Of a stretch of DNA of 64,000 bases, positions 19,618 to 29,789 are shown one piece after another. The notes under the pieces are model-generated. The model was not told the origin of the DNA. It searched no databases and saw nothing but the letters and a program-made list of their open reading frames with translations. How positions within the stretch are numbered: position 1 is the first letter of the stretch; each line of letters starts with the position of its first letter. The position numbers were made by a program, and so were the translations under genes. This stretch comes from Chloroflexota bacterium (GTDB lineage Bacteria > Chloroflexota > Dehalococcoidia > Dehalococcoidales > UBA2162), in the NCBI GenBank assembly GCA_043812795.1, contig JBDRLU010000033.1, forward strand, positions 27,763 through 91,762, written 5' to 3'.

Positions 19618-20232
19618 TTATTTTTTGCCGGCTTTGACCGGTCTCATTGCTTTTATCTCGGCAGCGCCCCGATAGAAAGCCTCGAGGCTGGACTCGGTAA
19701 ATCTGGGTGGTAAGTGCGGACGGATATTCTCTATCCATGTCTCCGTCTCCAGTTCCAGAAATACCGATAGAGCGCCGAGCATCACCATGTTCAGCGCCCT
19801 CGGGTTGCCGACTTCACGGCCAATCCGGTTCGCCGGAATCAAGTATATCTCATCGGTGTATTGACCGAGAATTTCTTTGATTTCTTCCCAGGTGGGGTAA
19901 GGGGTGGTGCCGCCGATGACGGATACCGGGATGATGGTGACGTCGGACACGATAGCAACGCCCTTTGGTTTTAAGTACGGTGCCCAGCGGGCCGCTTCCA
20001 GTTGCTCGAAAGCGAGCAGGAAATCAACGTCGCCCTGCTTAATCATCGGGGAAAAGACCTGTTTCCCCCAACGGACATGGCTGACCACGCTCCCGCCCCG
20101 CTGCGACATACCGATAGAGTCCGACTTTTTGACATCATAGCCGCAATTCATGCCGATTTCAGCCATAGCATCACTGGCCAGAATAATCCCCTGGCCGCCA
20201 ACGCCTGCCACCAGAACATTGACGTCCTTCAT
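19618..20232 (-). CDS. iorB: indolepyruvate:ferredoxin oxidoreductase, beta subunit
   Basis: 204 aa with the pattern of the gamma-type domain of 2-oxoacid:ferredoxin oxidoreductases (VAGVGGQGIILAS). Its start overlaps the iorA stop by 4 nt. Confidence 0.85.
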   Translation of the reverse strand: MKDVNVLVAGVGGQGIILASDAMAEIGMNCGYDVKKSDSIGMSQRGGSVVSHVRWGKQVFSPMIKQGDVDFLLAFEQLEAARWAPYLKPKGVAIVSDVTIIPVSVIGGTTPYPTWEEIKEILGQYTDEIYLIPANRIGREVGNPRALNMVMLGALSVFLELETETWIENIRPHLPPRFTESSLEAFYRGAAEIKAMRPVKAGKK

Positions 20233-22073
20233 TTCTTACTTTCCCCGATAGCCTGTTGCGGGCAGACTTGGACGCAGATATTGCAGCCCGAACCGACGCA
20301 GAGACTCTCATCAATCCAGCCTTTCTCATTAGCGACGGAAATGGCCGGACAGCCCAAGCGCAGGCAAGCGTAGCAGCTATTACATTTTTCACTGTCAACT
20401 TTAAAGGGTGTCCCTGATGCCCTGACATTGAGCGGGCAGGGGCCCCGTACGATGATTACTGAAGGTTCGTCGGTTTCGACGCACCGACGGATGGTGGACT
20501 CGATGGCCGCCAGGTCGAAAGCGTTCACCACATTCACGTCTCTGACACCGATGCCGCGCGCCAGTTCTTCCAGCTTCACGACCTGAGTTTTTACCCCTCT
20601 GGCTGAAATGCCTGTTCCCGGATGGCCCTGATGACCGGTCATCGCCGTGGTCGCGTTATCCAGAATAATAACCGTGGTGTTGCCCTGATTATAAACCACG
20701 TCCACCAGCGGCGTGATGCCGGAATGGATGAAGGTGGAATCACCGATAATGGCGACAACTTTATTGGGCACACCGGCTTTTTCCAGCCCGAGTGCCTTAC
20801 CGATGCTGGCGCCCATGCAGGCGGTAGTATCCAGCGCCATGAGGGGAGGATATACCCCCAGCGTATAGCACCCGATATCACCGGTTACGATGAGGCCGCT
20901 CGTTTTTAACTGCCCCAGTATTTCTCTTTCCGGTGGAACGTCACTGTCAGGGCCGGGGTTATAGAAGCCAAGCCTTCTTAAGGCAAACTCGGCGGCGGTG
21001 TGTGGGCAGCCGGGACAGAGTAGCGGCGGCCTTGACGGCAGTTGTTTTGGCGTCTGGCCAGGTTTAGTCTGACGTTTTCGCGTTGACTTTATTAAACCGG
21101 CTTTGATGGCACCGTTTTCGACTATCTCAGGATTAAGCTCACCGGTGATGGGGAAAAATTCTTTGCCGGTTACGGGAATACCGAGGCCGCGCACTTCCTC
21201 TTCAAGAACCGGGTCAAGCTCCTCGACGACAATCACCCTTTCCACTTCTCTGGCGAATTTGCGAATAAGGTCCACGGGAAGGGGATAAGTGGTGACCAAC
21301 TTGAGAAAAGAGGCTTTCTTGAAGACCTCGCGGGCGTATTGATAGGCAACTCCGCTGGAGATTACGCCGAGCTTGCGGTCGGCCAGTAGCGTCTCGTTCA
21401 GAGGGAAGCTTTCCACGTAAGAGCGCAACTTGGCGGTGCGTTCTTCCATGACATAACGTCGGGCGCGGGCATACTGCGGCACCATGACAAATTTACCGGG
21501 TGAGCGTTTGAAGACGGCTTGTTTTAAACTGGCTGGTCGCTCTTTATTGACATCGACCACTGTTTTGCAATGAGAGATGCGGGTCGTCGAGCGCAGCAGT
21601 ACCGGCGTATCGAATTCTTCGCTGATATTAAAGGCGTGGTCCATTAACTCGTAAGCTTCCCGGCTGTCGGTCGGTTCGAGCATCGGTACTTTGGCGAATT
21701 TAGCATAGTGACGGTTGTCCTGCTCGCCCTGCGAGCTATGAATCCACGGGTCGTCACAGGAAATAACGACCAGTCCGCCCACGATGCCGGTTGTCGAAGC
21801 GGCAAAGAACGGGTCGGCGGCAACGTTCAGCCCGACGTGTTTCATTGAGACCAGTGCCCGGATACCGCTGTAGGCGGCGCCTAAAGCTACCTCCATGGCC
21901 ACTTTCTCATTGGTCGACCATTCGGTATAGATATCGTTGAAGTGGGCCAGCGCTTCCAATATCTCGGTGCTGGGTGTGCCGGGATAGGCGGTAGCCACCT
22001 TAATGCCGGCGTGGTAGGCACCGAGGGCGAGAGCTTCGTTGCCGGAAAGGAGTTTTAACATGATAGTGCTCAT
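20229..22073 (-). CDS. iorA: indolepyruvate:ferredoxin oxidoreductase, alpha subunit (TPP, 2x[4Fe-4S])
   Basis: 614 aa. It has the TPP motif GDSTFIHSG...NATTAMTGHQ and C-terminal CNSCYACLRLGCP / CVGSGCNICVQVCP. Confidence 0.9.
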   Translation of the reverse strand: MSTIMLKLLSGNEALALGAYHAGIKVATAYPGTPSTEILEALAHFNDIYTEWSTNEKVAMEVALGAAYSGIRALVSMKHVGLNVAADPFFAASTTGIVGGLVVISCDDPWIHSSQGEQDNRHYAKFAKVPMLEPTDSREAYELMDHAFNISEEFDTPVLLRSTTRISHCKTVVDVNKERPASLKQAVFKRSPGKFVMVPQYARARRYVMEERTAKLRSYVESFPLNETLLADRKLGVISSGVAYQYAREVFKKASFLKLVTTYPLPVDLIRKFAREVERVIVVEELDPVLEEEVRGLGIPVTGKEFFPITGELNPEIVENGAIKAGLIKSTRKRQTKPGQTPKQLPSRPPLLCPGCPHTAAEFALRRLGFYNPGPDSDVPPEREILGQLKTSGLIVTGDIGCYTLGVYPPLMALDTTACMGASIGKALGLEKAGVPNKVVAIIGDSTFIHSGITPLVDVVYNQGNTTVIILDNATTAMTGHQGHPGTGISARGVKTQVVKLEELARGIGVRDVNVVNAFDLAAIESTIRRCVETDEPSVIIVRGPCPLNVRASGTPFKVDSEKCNSCYACLRLGCPAISVANEKGWIDESLCVGSGCNICVQVCPQQAIGESKK

Positions 22074-22092
22074 TATAACATAATGTGGTGGG

Positions 22093-22142
22093 TGAGCGAA
22101 GCCAACGCCCTGTTATTGGGAGGAGCACATTTGCTTCGCTCA
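22093..22142. repeat. REP-like palindrome (10-bp perfect arms TGAGCGAAGC / GCTTCGCTCA)
   Basis: It is intergenic, between iorA and typA. The perfect 10-bp inverted repeat is separated by 30 nt and followed by a second small palindrome (AATCTC...GAGATT). Confidence 0.5.
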
Positions 22143-22241
22143 GTATAAACTCCGCGACGAAGCAATCTCCTTCGATGAGATTACTATGTCCCGATAAAAT
22201 CAGGACTTGTAGTGACAATATGGGAAAAGACTTCAGGTTGG

Positions 22242-24095
22242 CTATGGCCGCGCGTGGCTGCTTTCCACCTCGTCGCTGCGGCGGGTGGCATGGATATCCC
22301 TCAGACGCTGGGTCTGGGTCAGTAACTTTTTCCGTAACCGGATGTTGGCCGGCGTTACCTCAACCAGTTCATCTTTGTTGATAAAGTCGATAGCCTGCTC
22401 CAGACTCAGCTTGATGGGTGGCGTCAGCTTGATGGCGATGTCTGAGGTGGACGATCGGACGTTGGTCTTCTTCTTTTCTTTGCAAACGTTGACGGCGATA
22501 TCCTGTGCCCGTGGATTCAACCCGACTATCATGCCTTCATAGACGGCCGTGTTCGGTTCGATGAAGGTGAGGCCGCGGCCCTGGGCATTGTTCAGACCGT
22601 AGGTCACGGCTTTGCCCGGCTCCGAGGCGACCAGCACACCACTGCGGGTCGAAACAATATTCCCCCGCCAGGGCTCATAATCAAGAAAAATGGTATTCAT
22701 GACCCCTTCACCCCGGGTCGCTGTCAGAAAGGCGCTGCGGAAGCCAATAAGCCCTTTGGTGGGCACGTGGAATTCCAGGCGCATGTTACCCTTGCCATCG
22801 TTGCGCATGTTGGTGAGTTGGGCCTGCCGTTTGCCGAGCATTTCGGTTAGAATGCCAATGTTTTCCTCTTTAGTATCGAGGGTGAGGACTTCCACTGGCT
22901 CCATCAGCTTGCCGTCGATTACCTTGGTGATGGCTTCCGGCCTGGAAACTTCAAATTCATAGCCTTCGCGGCGCATGGTCTCAATCAAAATAGCCAGGTG
23001 CAGTTCACCCCGGCCTTTGACCAGGAAAGTATCCGGGCTATCGGTATCCTGGACTCTGAGGCTGAGGTTGGTCTCCAGTTCACGGTAAAGCCGCTCCCGC
23101 AACTGGCGGGTAGTGCTGAAGCGACCCTCACGTCCAGCGAAAGGTGAAGTGTTGACCCCGAAGGTCATCTCGACCGTAGGTTCGCCAATCTGGATACGGG
23201 GTAAGGCTTCGGGACTTTCGGGACTGGCGATAGTGTCGCCAATGCTCACTTTTTCGATGCCAGTTATAGCGGCGATATCGCCTGCCTCAACCTGGGCCAC
23301 CTCTAGGCGCTTCAAGCCGAGATAGGTAAATACGGAATTTACTTCATAATCCGTCGCCGTACCGTCGGCGGTCAGACTGACCACCTGGTCGTGCGCGGTA
23401 ATCTTACCGCGCCAGATACGACCGATGGCGATTCGGCCAATATGGCTGTCATAGTCCAGGTTAGAAACCAGCATCTGTAACGGCCCGTTTTCAGTCTGTG
23501 GGGGTGGTATCTTCTCCAGGATGCATTCGAACAGTGGGGTAATATCCTTGCCTTTGATACTGAGGTCGGTGGTAGCCGTACCTTCCCGGGCGCTGGCGTA
23601 AAGCACCGAGAAGTCAAGCTGGTCGGCACTGGTAGCTAATTCCAGGAAGAGGTCCTGGGTGAGCTGTAATACTTCGGCTATCCGTGCATTTTCGCGGTCT
23701 ATTTTATTGATGACCACGATAATTTTTAAACCTTTTTGCAGGGCCTGACGGAGGACAAATGTGGTCTGGGGCATCGGCCCCTCGACCGAGTCCACCAGCA
23801 GTAAACAGCCATCGGCCATGCTGATGACCCGCTCCACTTCTCCGCTGAAGTCAACGTGCCCTGGAGTATCGATGATATTGATTTTGACTCCCCGGTAAAC
23901 GACGGCAGTATTTTTGGCCATGATAGTAATGCCTTTTTCGCGCTCGAGGGCATTCTGGTCCATTATCAGTTCGCCCACCTGCTGGTTGTCCCGGAAGATT
24001 TTACTTTGCTTGAGCATGGCGTCCACCAGAGTGGTCTTACCATGGTCAACGTGGGCGATGATAGCGATATTTCTAATGTCACTGCGATAATTCAT
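22242..24095 (-). CDS. typA: translational GTPase TypA/BipA
   Basis: 617 aa. [27 protein letters not shown] and NKIDR match the G1-G4 motifs, and the protein is colinear with BipA throughout. Confidence 0.95.
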   Translation of the reverse strand: MNYRSDIRNIAIIAHVDHGKTTLVDAMLKQSKIFRDNQQVGELIMDQNALEREKGITIMAKNTAVVYRGVKINIIDTPGHVDFSGEVERVISMADGCLLLVDSVEGPMPQTTFVLRQALQKGLKIIVVINKIDRENARIAEVLQLTQDLFLELATSADQLDFSVLYASAREGTATTDLSIKGKDITPLFECILEKIPPPQTENGPLQMLVSNLDYDSHIGRIAIGRIWRGKITAHDQVVSLTADGTATDYEVNSVFTYLGLKRLEVAQVEAGDIAAITGIEKVSIGDTIASPESPEALPRIQIGEPTVEMTFGVNTSPFAGREGRFSTTRQLRERLYRELETNLSLRVQDTDSPDTFLVKGRGELHLAILIETMRREGYEFEVSRPEAITKVIDGKLMEPVEVLTLDTKEENIGILTEMLGKRQAQLTNMRNDGKGNMRLEFHVPTKGLIGFRSAFLTATRGEGVMNTIFLDYEPWRGNIVSTRSGVLVASEPGKAVTYGLNNAQGRGLTFIEPNTAVYEGMIVGLNPRAQDIAVNVCKEKKKTNVRSSTSDIAIKLTPPIKLSLEQAIDFINKDELVEVTPANIRLRKKLLTQTQRLRDIHATRRSDEVESSHARP

Positions 24096-24320
24096 ATTTT
24101 ATCGGTTTTTCCTTTACTCTTTTTTAGAGAAAAGTGATATCCTTTCTTAAAAAACTATTGGACGACCTTTTCTCAATGCCGAGAGCATCGGTCATCCAAT
24201 CTGTCAGGTAAAGCGATAACTTTTATCTGAGACTGCTGAGTGTATTATACATCAATCGCAGGCTGGCAGCAAATAACTTGTGCGTGACCGTTTATAGACA
24301 AGTTGCTATCGGAATAAGGA

Positions 24321-24977
24321 GTGAGTAATAATTTGGGTGTTATCAAAGTGCTGAGCCAAACGCTTATGACAAAGAAAATACTTTCTCCGGCTATTCCTTA
24401 TATCACGGTTAGCGTTGGTCTGTTTGTTTTTCATAATGCCTGGGTGGCGATTCTCAGCTACCACGTGGGGATGTTAATCATGCTCTTCTTGGCCAGACCC
24501 GGAATTACAGTGAAGCAGTTTGTTAAGAGCAATAATTATCCGATTCCGGCTCTGACCGCCGTTGTCGGTGCTGGCGGGGGAGCGCTGCTTTACTTTTTAT
24601 GGCCGTTCTTATTGATACCGAGCGATATCAGTGCTTACACCCAGAGTATTGGCCTGGTAGGGAGAGCGTGGCCATTGTTCCTAGTCTATTATGTTCTGGT
24701 CAACCCGGTACTGGAAGAATACTACTGGCGGGGCTATTTAGGCAGTCAGACCAGGCAAGTGACGTTCAACGATTGGCTCTTCGGCGGATACCATGTAATT
24801 GTCCTGGCCGGTAAAATGGGAATAGTCTGGCTCATCGTTGCCTTCCTGCTGCTATCCTGCGGAGGATGGTTCTGGCGGCAAATGAACCGTCTGAGCCAGG
24901 GACTATTGCCGTCCGTGGTCTCGCATGTTGCCGCCGATATTACCGTTATGCTGACTATCTACCACGCGCTCGGATGA
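24321..24977 (+). CDS. CPBP-family intramembrane glutamic endopeptidase (CAAX protease-like)
   Basis: A multi-TM protein with the EEYYWRGYL motif 1 and later H...H/ HVAAD motifs. The start is uncertain (GTG 24321, TTG 24333 or ATG 24366). Confidence 0.7.
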   Translation: MSNNLGVIKVLSQTLMTKKILSPAIPYITVSVGLFVFHNAWVAILSYHVGMLIMLFLARPGITVKQFVKSNNYPIPALTAVVGAGGGALLYFLWPFLLIPSDISAYTQSIGLVGRAWPLFLVYYVLVNPVLEEYYWRGYLGSQTRQVTFNDWLFGGYHVIVLAGKMGIVWLIVAFLLLSCGGWFWRQMNRLSQGLLPSVVSHVAADITVMLTIYHALG

Positions 24978-25020
24978 TTATTTGAGGAAGCCCCAGCGCT
25001 TCTGATTTTTGAGGTAGTGC

Positions 25021-26496
25021 TTAAAACAGTCCTTTTAAAATCTTTCCGTACTTACCGAGAATCGTGCGGTGGAGTGCGGGGCTTGACTGAGCGACCGGGT
25101 ACCATTCCTTCTTCCATTCAAAGGGCTGGCAGGCATCGATAACAAGTTTGGAAGTGTATAGCGGTTTCGGCGGTACCTTGTATTTCCTTTTCTCCTCGGG
25201 AGAAACAGCGATGTCCCTGGAGGTAGTATTGCAATTTCGGAGGATTTGGATGGCGTGTTCCGGTTCAGCCCGCGTTACTATTGCCCAGATGACCTGGTTA
25301 ATATCAGACGGGTCAATATCATCGTCCACTACTACCGTGTACTTGCAGGCACCACCCAGACGGACCTGAGAAGCAATTACCCCGACTTCCGTGGCATGTC
25401 CGGAGTACTTCTGTTCGATGGAAATAATTTGTAACATGCTGCCATGTCCGGCCTCAGGGCACCAGATATCTTTGATACCGGGGATTCCGGCGGCGTCCAG
25501 TCTATCCCAGATAGTAGTCGAGGAGAGGAAAGCGGTCATCGGTGTCATTTCCTGGGGTGGGACGGAGGGGATGGCACAGGTGAGGATGGGGTTATCGCGG
25601 TAATAAACCGCCGATACCCGCATTACCGGTTCGGGTACGGACTCGAGGCCGAGATTGGCGTAGTAGCCGTTTCCTTCACCGAAAGGGCCTTCATTAGCCA
25701 AGTCACCCGGCCGGCATTCTCCCTCGATGACTATTTCGGCGCTGGCGGGCAGAGGTAGTCCGGTCTTTGGGCCGGTAAAAATTTCTATCGGTTGGCCTTT
25801 GAGCATCCCGGCATAGTCGTATTCCGAGATTTGTGACGGAACTTTTTTGGCGGAAGCAAACCATAATGCCGGGTCAATGCCCATGGCGATGGCTACAGGC
25901 ATGGGCTTGCCTCGGTCGAGATACTTTTCGTTCATGATGAGGCTGCCATGCTGTCCTTCCAGAATATGAATAATCAGACGGTTGCGGTCAACTAACATTA
26001 CCCGGTACACACCCAGGTTTACGTACCCCGTATCGGGGTCTTGCTGGATAACAGCGTGGCCGGTGCCCAGGTAACGACCGCCGTCCAGCTCATGGAATTT
26101 TGGCGAAGGAAACTTAAGCAGGTCAATCTTATTTCCGGTCATCTTGTTGGCCATCACCGGAGGCGAGGTCACCACTTTGGGTGGGATGAAATTAGATGCC
26201 TTGCTCTTCTTCCGCCAGTTCTGCATAATTTCTTTGCGTCCAATCCGGTTTTCGGGTAAACCCATCGCCATCGCGAGCCGGCGCCGTGAACTAATCTGGC
26301 CGAAAAGACAGGTATATCCTTTGGGATAGCCCGGAATGTCATCGAAGAGTAAAGCTGGTTGGGGAGTTTTGCCTTCATGATAGACCATTTCGGCAATGCT
26401 GCCCATTTCCAGGTTCCAGTCCACGCCGGATAAACGTTTCAGTTCGCCGTTTTTCTCTACCTGCTTGAGAAAGTCACGTAAGTCTTTGTAACCCAA
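25021..26496 (-). CDS. UbiD-family (prenylated-FMN dependent) reversible decarboxylase
   Basis: 491 aa. It starts DLRDFLKQVEKNGELKRL, and the length and overall pattern are typical of UbiD. UbiX is adjacent. Confidence 0.9.
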   Translation of the reverse strand: MGYKDLRDFLKQVEKNGELKRLSGVDWNLEMGSIAEMVYHEGKTPQPALLFDDIPGYPKGYTCLFGQISSRRRLAMAMGLPENRIGRKEIMQNWRKKSKASNFIPPKVVTSPPVMANKMTGNKIDLLKFPSPKFHELDGGRYLGTGHAVIQQDPDTGYVNLGVYRVMLVDRNRLIIHILEGQHGSLIMNEKYLDRGKPMPVAIAMGIDPALWFASAKKVPSQISEYDYAGMLKGQPIEIFTGPKTGLPLPASAEIVIEGECRPGDLANEGPFGEGNGYYANLGLESVPEPVMRVSAVYYRDNPILTCAIPSVPPQEMTPMTAFLSSTTIWDRLDAAGIPGIKDIWCPEAGHGSMLQIISIEQKYSGHATEVGVIASQVRLGGACKYTVVVDDDIDPSDINQVIWAIVTRAEPEHAIQILRNCNTTSRDIAVSPEEKRKYKVPPKPLYTSKLVIDACQPFEWKKEWYPVAQSSPALHRTILGKYGKILKGLF

Positions 26497-26531
26497 TTCC
26501 TTGTCCTCCTTCGGCCACTTATACCTTTATT

Positions 26532-26924
26532 CTAATGGGAGCCTTGCCCGGTTAGAGTAAGGGAATGGGCAAATTCCTCGGCCAGTTCGTCTGTATTGTG
26601 CAAGATTTCGGCGATTTCTGTCTCGGTTATATTGTCAATGTGTAAACCGGCGATGACGCAGGTCGCCTTCCGGGTATGCTTGCAAATAGCATAGGCTATT
26701 TTCTGGGCAACGGCGTCATCCTTATGGCCTGTTGCGGTTATTGTTGAGGTGAAGACCCGGCTGCTCTTGTCGTCAAACTGGCTTACGGCAACTGCTCCCA
26801 TGTGGATATTCCGGTTGTAGGCGCAGACCAAGATATCGTGTCCCAAGCCCCAGGCAGTGAGATAGACTTTCGTTCTGCCCTTTCCTTTTTCCAGGCGGTA
26901 AAGAGGCCTTGTTAGTTTGTCCAT
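26532..26924 (-). CDS. small UbiD-associated protein (possibly LpdD-like accessory subunit/chaperone)
   Basis: This 130-aa ORF is sandwiched between UbiD and UbiX. The assignment rests on position only, and motif-level similarity was not verified. Confidence 0.35.
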   Translation of the reverse strand: MDKLTRPLYRLEKGKGRTKVYLTAWGLGHDILVCAYNRNIHMGAVAVSQFDDKSSRVFTSTITATGHKDDAVAQKIAYAICKHTRKATCVIAGLHIDNITETEIAEILHNTDELAEEFAHSLTLTGQGSH

Positions 26925-26937
26925 AGCTGATAAGAGA

Positions 26938-27501
26938 TTACTGCTCGAATCCCGCCCAGCGCCGGGAAAGGTTATGTTTTATCGCCTGCAGGTCAAGGAT
27001 TTTAGCGACCGTGTGGTCGACGATGTCATCGATAGTCTTGGGCCTGTGGTAGAAGCTCGGCACCGGCGGTAATATGATGGCACCCATCTCGGCGAGGCGG
27101 AGCATATTCCGGAGGTGCCCCTGATGGAGTGGGGTCTCTCGGGCGAGCAAGGTTAAGTTCTTCCTTTCCTTGAGGGTTACATCGGCCGCTCTTACCAGCA
27201 GGTTATCCGCGATGGAATAAGCGATGGCGGACATCGTCTTCATGCTGCATGGCGCGACTACCATCCCATCTCTTAAGAAGGAGCCGCTGGAGATACAGGC
27301 AGAAAGGTCATCAATGTCATAACAGAAACTGGCCAGCTTTCTGACCTCGCTTACTTTATAAGTTGTTTCGTGCTCGATAATCTGCTCGCCGGTTTTGGAA
27401 ATTATCAGGTGTGTTTCAACCTTTGCTTGACGTAGCACCTCGAGTAGCCGGATGCCGTAGATTGAGCCGGTGGCTCCAGAAATTCCCACAATAAGCGGCA
27501 T
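26938..27501 (-). CDS. ubiX: flavin prenyltransferase UbiX
   Basis: 187 aa. MPLIVGISGATGSIYGIRLLE... and the CSMKTMSAIA motif are characteristic of UbiX/Pad1. Confidence 0.9.
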   Translation of the reverse strand: MPLIVGISGATGSIYGIRLLEVLRQAKVETHLIISKTGEQIIEHETTYKVSEVRKLASFCYDIDDLSACISSGSFLRDGMVVAPCSMKTMSAIAYSIADNLLVRAADVTLKERKNLTLLARETPLHQGHLRNMLRLAEMGAIILPPVPSFYHRPKTIDDIVDHTVAKILDLQAIKHNLSRRWAGFEQ

Positions 27502-27650
27502 ACTTCCCTTGCCCTCCCGTTCTAATTAGTGCCGATTGTATGCGTTTCATGATGTGTTGTCAAACGGTGGGTTGTGAAGCGATGGATTCTTTGCTTCATA
27601 CCATGGTGGACTTGACGATTAAATCCTGTGCGTGTATTATCGGTATCAAT

Positions 27651-28666
27651 ATGATAGTAGAAATGCGGACCGGGGCCACTAAACGTGAAATAAACGATGT
27701 GGTACAGAGGGCCAAGTCACTGGGGTTTGAAGTCCAGTTGAACCTGGGTACTGATAAAACAGTTGTTGCCATACTGGGCAGTAATACCGGGCAAACATCG
27801 ACCGATATCTTCGGGGTACTCCCCGGGGTAGAAACGGTAACCCGGATTATGAAGCCTTATAAACTTGCCTCGCGCGAGTTCAAAGCCGAGGACACTCTGG
27901 TTTCTATCGAGGGCATCGAGGTTGGCGGTAAGCGCGTTGTCGTCATGGCCGGGCCTTGCGCCGTCGAGCGCGAGGAGCAGATGATGGAAGCCGCCCGGGT
28001 AGTCAAGAAAGCCGGGGCGAGCATCCTGCGTGGCGGGCTTTCAAACCGCGGACTTCTCCCTTCAGCTTTCAAGGATTAGAGAAGGTCGGGCTGGAACTGC
28101 TGGCCCGGACTAAAGAAAAGTACGGTCTACCGGTGGTGACCGAGGTGGTTGACCCTCATGATGTTAGCCTGGTCTCCAAGTATGCCGATATACTGCAAGT
28201 TGGCTCGCGAAGTATGCAGAACTTTGCCTTGCTGAAGGCCGTCGGTAAGAGCAAGTGTCCGGTCGTGTTGAAGCGCGGATTTTCCTGTACGGTCACCGAG
28301 TGGCTTACTGCGGCCGATTACCTGCTGGCAGAAGGAGACAACCGGGTCATTCTTTGTGAGAGAGGCATCCGAACGTTTGAGGACAGCACCCGCTTTTCAC
28401 TGGACATTTCTTCTGTACCCGTGATTAAGCGGTTCAGTCATTTGCCGTTACTGGTTGACCCCAGCCATGCAGCGGGACATTATGCTCTCGTACCAGCAAT
28501 AGCGAGAGCGGCGGTGGCGGCCGGTGCGGATGGCCTTCTTATCGAAGTGCACCCAAATCCGAAGGAAGCCCTGGTAGATGGTCTGCAGTCACTCACTCCT
28601 TCGGACTTTGCCCGGTTGATGGAAGAGCTTAAGCTGATTGCCAAAGCAGTGGGTAGATATATTTAG
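27651..28666 (+). pseudogene. 3-deoxy-7-phosphoheptulonate (DAHP) synthase, type I-beta with N-terminal ferredoxin-like regulatory domain; frameshifted
   Basis: Frame 1 gives MIVEMRTGATKREINDVV...MAGPCAVEREEQMMEAARVVKKAGASILRGG. The next frame gives AFKPRTSPFSFQGLEKVGLELL...LCERGIRTFE...VDPSH.... The whole is colinear with Thermotoga-type DAHPS. The junction is at GGCGGGC (28032-28038). Confidence 0.85.
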
Positions 28667-28721
28667 TGCCGTAGGGGAATTTTCAATGGGGGGGAGATAA
28701 TCTGCCTTTGTGAGTATAGCG

Positions 28722-28754
28722 AATCGGCGGGAGGAATAATTCCTCCCGCCGATT
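28722..28754. terminator. intrinsic terminator between convergent DAHPS and E1-beta genes
   Basis: A perfect 13-bp stem, AATCGGCGGGAGG / CCTCCCGCCGATT, with a 7-nt loop, followed by TTCATTTT on the plus strand. Confidence 0.7.
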
Positions 28755-28775
28755 TTCATTTTACAGGGGTATGGC

Positions 28776-29762
28776 CTACACCATCTCTTTGACAGTTTTG
28801 ACGATGTCCTCCACCTGAGGTACGACGTACTTTTCCAGTTCGGCACCGTGAGGCAGAGCGATATTCTTGGCGGCTAGCCTCTTGATGGGAGTCTTAAGGC
28901 TCTTCACCACCTCAGGGGCGGCTTCGGTGACGCGGAAGGCAATCTCGCCGGCAAACCCGCCCCGTTTCATGCCGGTATGGGCGATAAGCAGTCGACCGGT
29001 CTTCTTGACCGATTTCACGATGGTTTCTACATCCATAGGGACGAGGCTGCGGAGGTCAACTACCTCGACGCTGATACCCTGTTTGCCCAGGGCTTCTGCC
29101 GCAGTGAGAGCTTTGGCCACCATAGCGGCGTAGGTTACCAGTGTCACGTCTTTCCCCTGCTTCTTGACAGCGGCTTTACCCAGCGGGACGATGTAATCTT
29201 CGGTGGGGACTTCTTCTTTCATCGTACCCAGGACCGAGCTCGACAGGTAAATTACCGGGCGATTGTCCCTGATGGCCGCTTTCATTAACCCTTTGGCATC
29301 GTAGGGGCTGGCGGGGGCTACTACCTTTAATCCGGGGCTATGAACGAGGAGAGCCTCGGCGGAAAGGGCATGGTCAGCCGTAGCGCCCGGGCCGCCGATA
29401 GTAGCGTGGATGACCACCGGGAGCGGGCCTTTATAATTATGTAACTGGTAATAATTGCCCAACTTTAGAAAGATGCCATCCAGACACAACGGAAAGAAGC
29501 CAGTGGAGGAAAGAAAAGCGATTGGTTTGAGTCCCGTAAGAGCGGCGCCAATCGTCATCTCGACAATAGCTATTTCCACAATGGGAGTATTCCGGACTCT
29601 GTCCCGGCCGAAGGCTTCTATTGCCCCCGGCATTCCGGCAAAAATGCGGAACCGGGTGATATCTTCCCCCCACATGACCACCTTCTTGTCTTTCCGCATC
29701 TCTTCGATAATAGCGGAACCCATTGCTTCCTGATAACTGAGCATCTGAGTTTTTTCTTTCAT
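28776..29762 (-). CDS. 2-oxoacid (pyruvate/acetoin/branched-chain) dehydrogenase E1 component, beta subunit
   Basis: 328 aa with a transketolase-like pyrimidine-binding domain plus C-terminal domain (GEDI...FGRDRVRNTPIVE...). Confidence 0.85.
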   Translation of the reverse strand: MKEKTQMLSYQEAMGSAIIEEMRKDKKVVMWGEDITRFRIFAGMPGAIEAFGRDRVRNTPIVEIAIVEMTIGAALTGLKPIAFLSSTGFFPLCLDGIFLKLGNYYQLHNYKGPLPVVIHATIGGPGATADHALSAEALLVHSPGLKVVAPASPYDAKGLMKAAIRDNRPVIYLSSSVLGTMKEEVPTEDYIVPLGKAAVKKQGKDVTLVTYAAMVAKALTAAEALGKQGISVEVVDLRSLVPMDVETIVKSVKKTGRLLIAHTGMKRGGFAGEIAFRVTEAAPEVVKSLKTPIKRLAAKNIALPHGAELEKYVVPQVEDIVKTVKEMV

Positions 29763-29789
29763 TAAACTGTCCTCCTCACTCTTCTTTCG

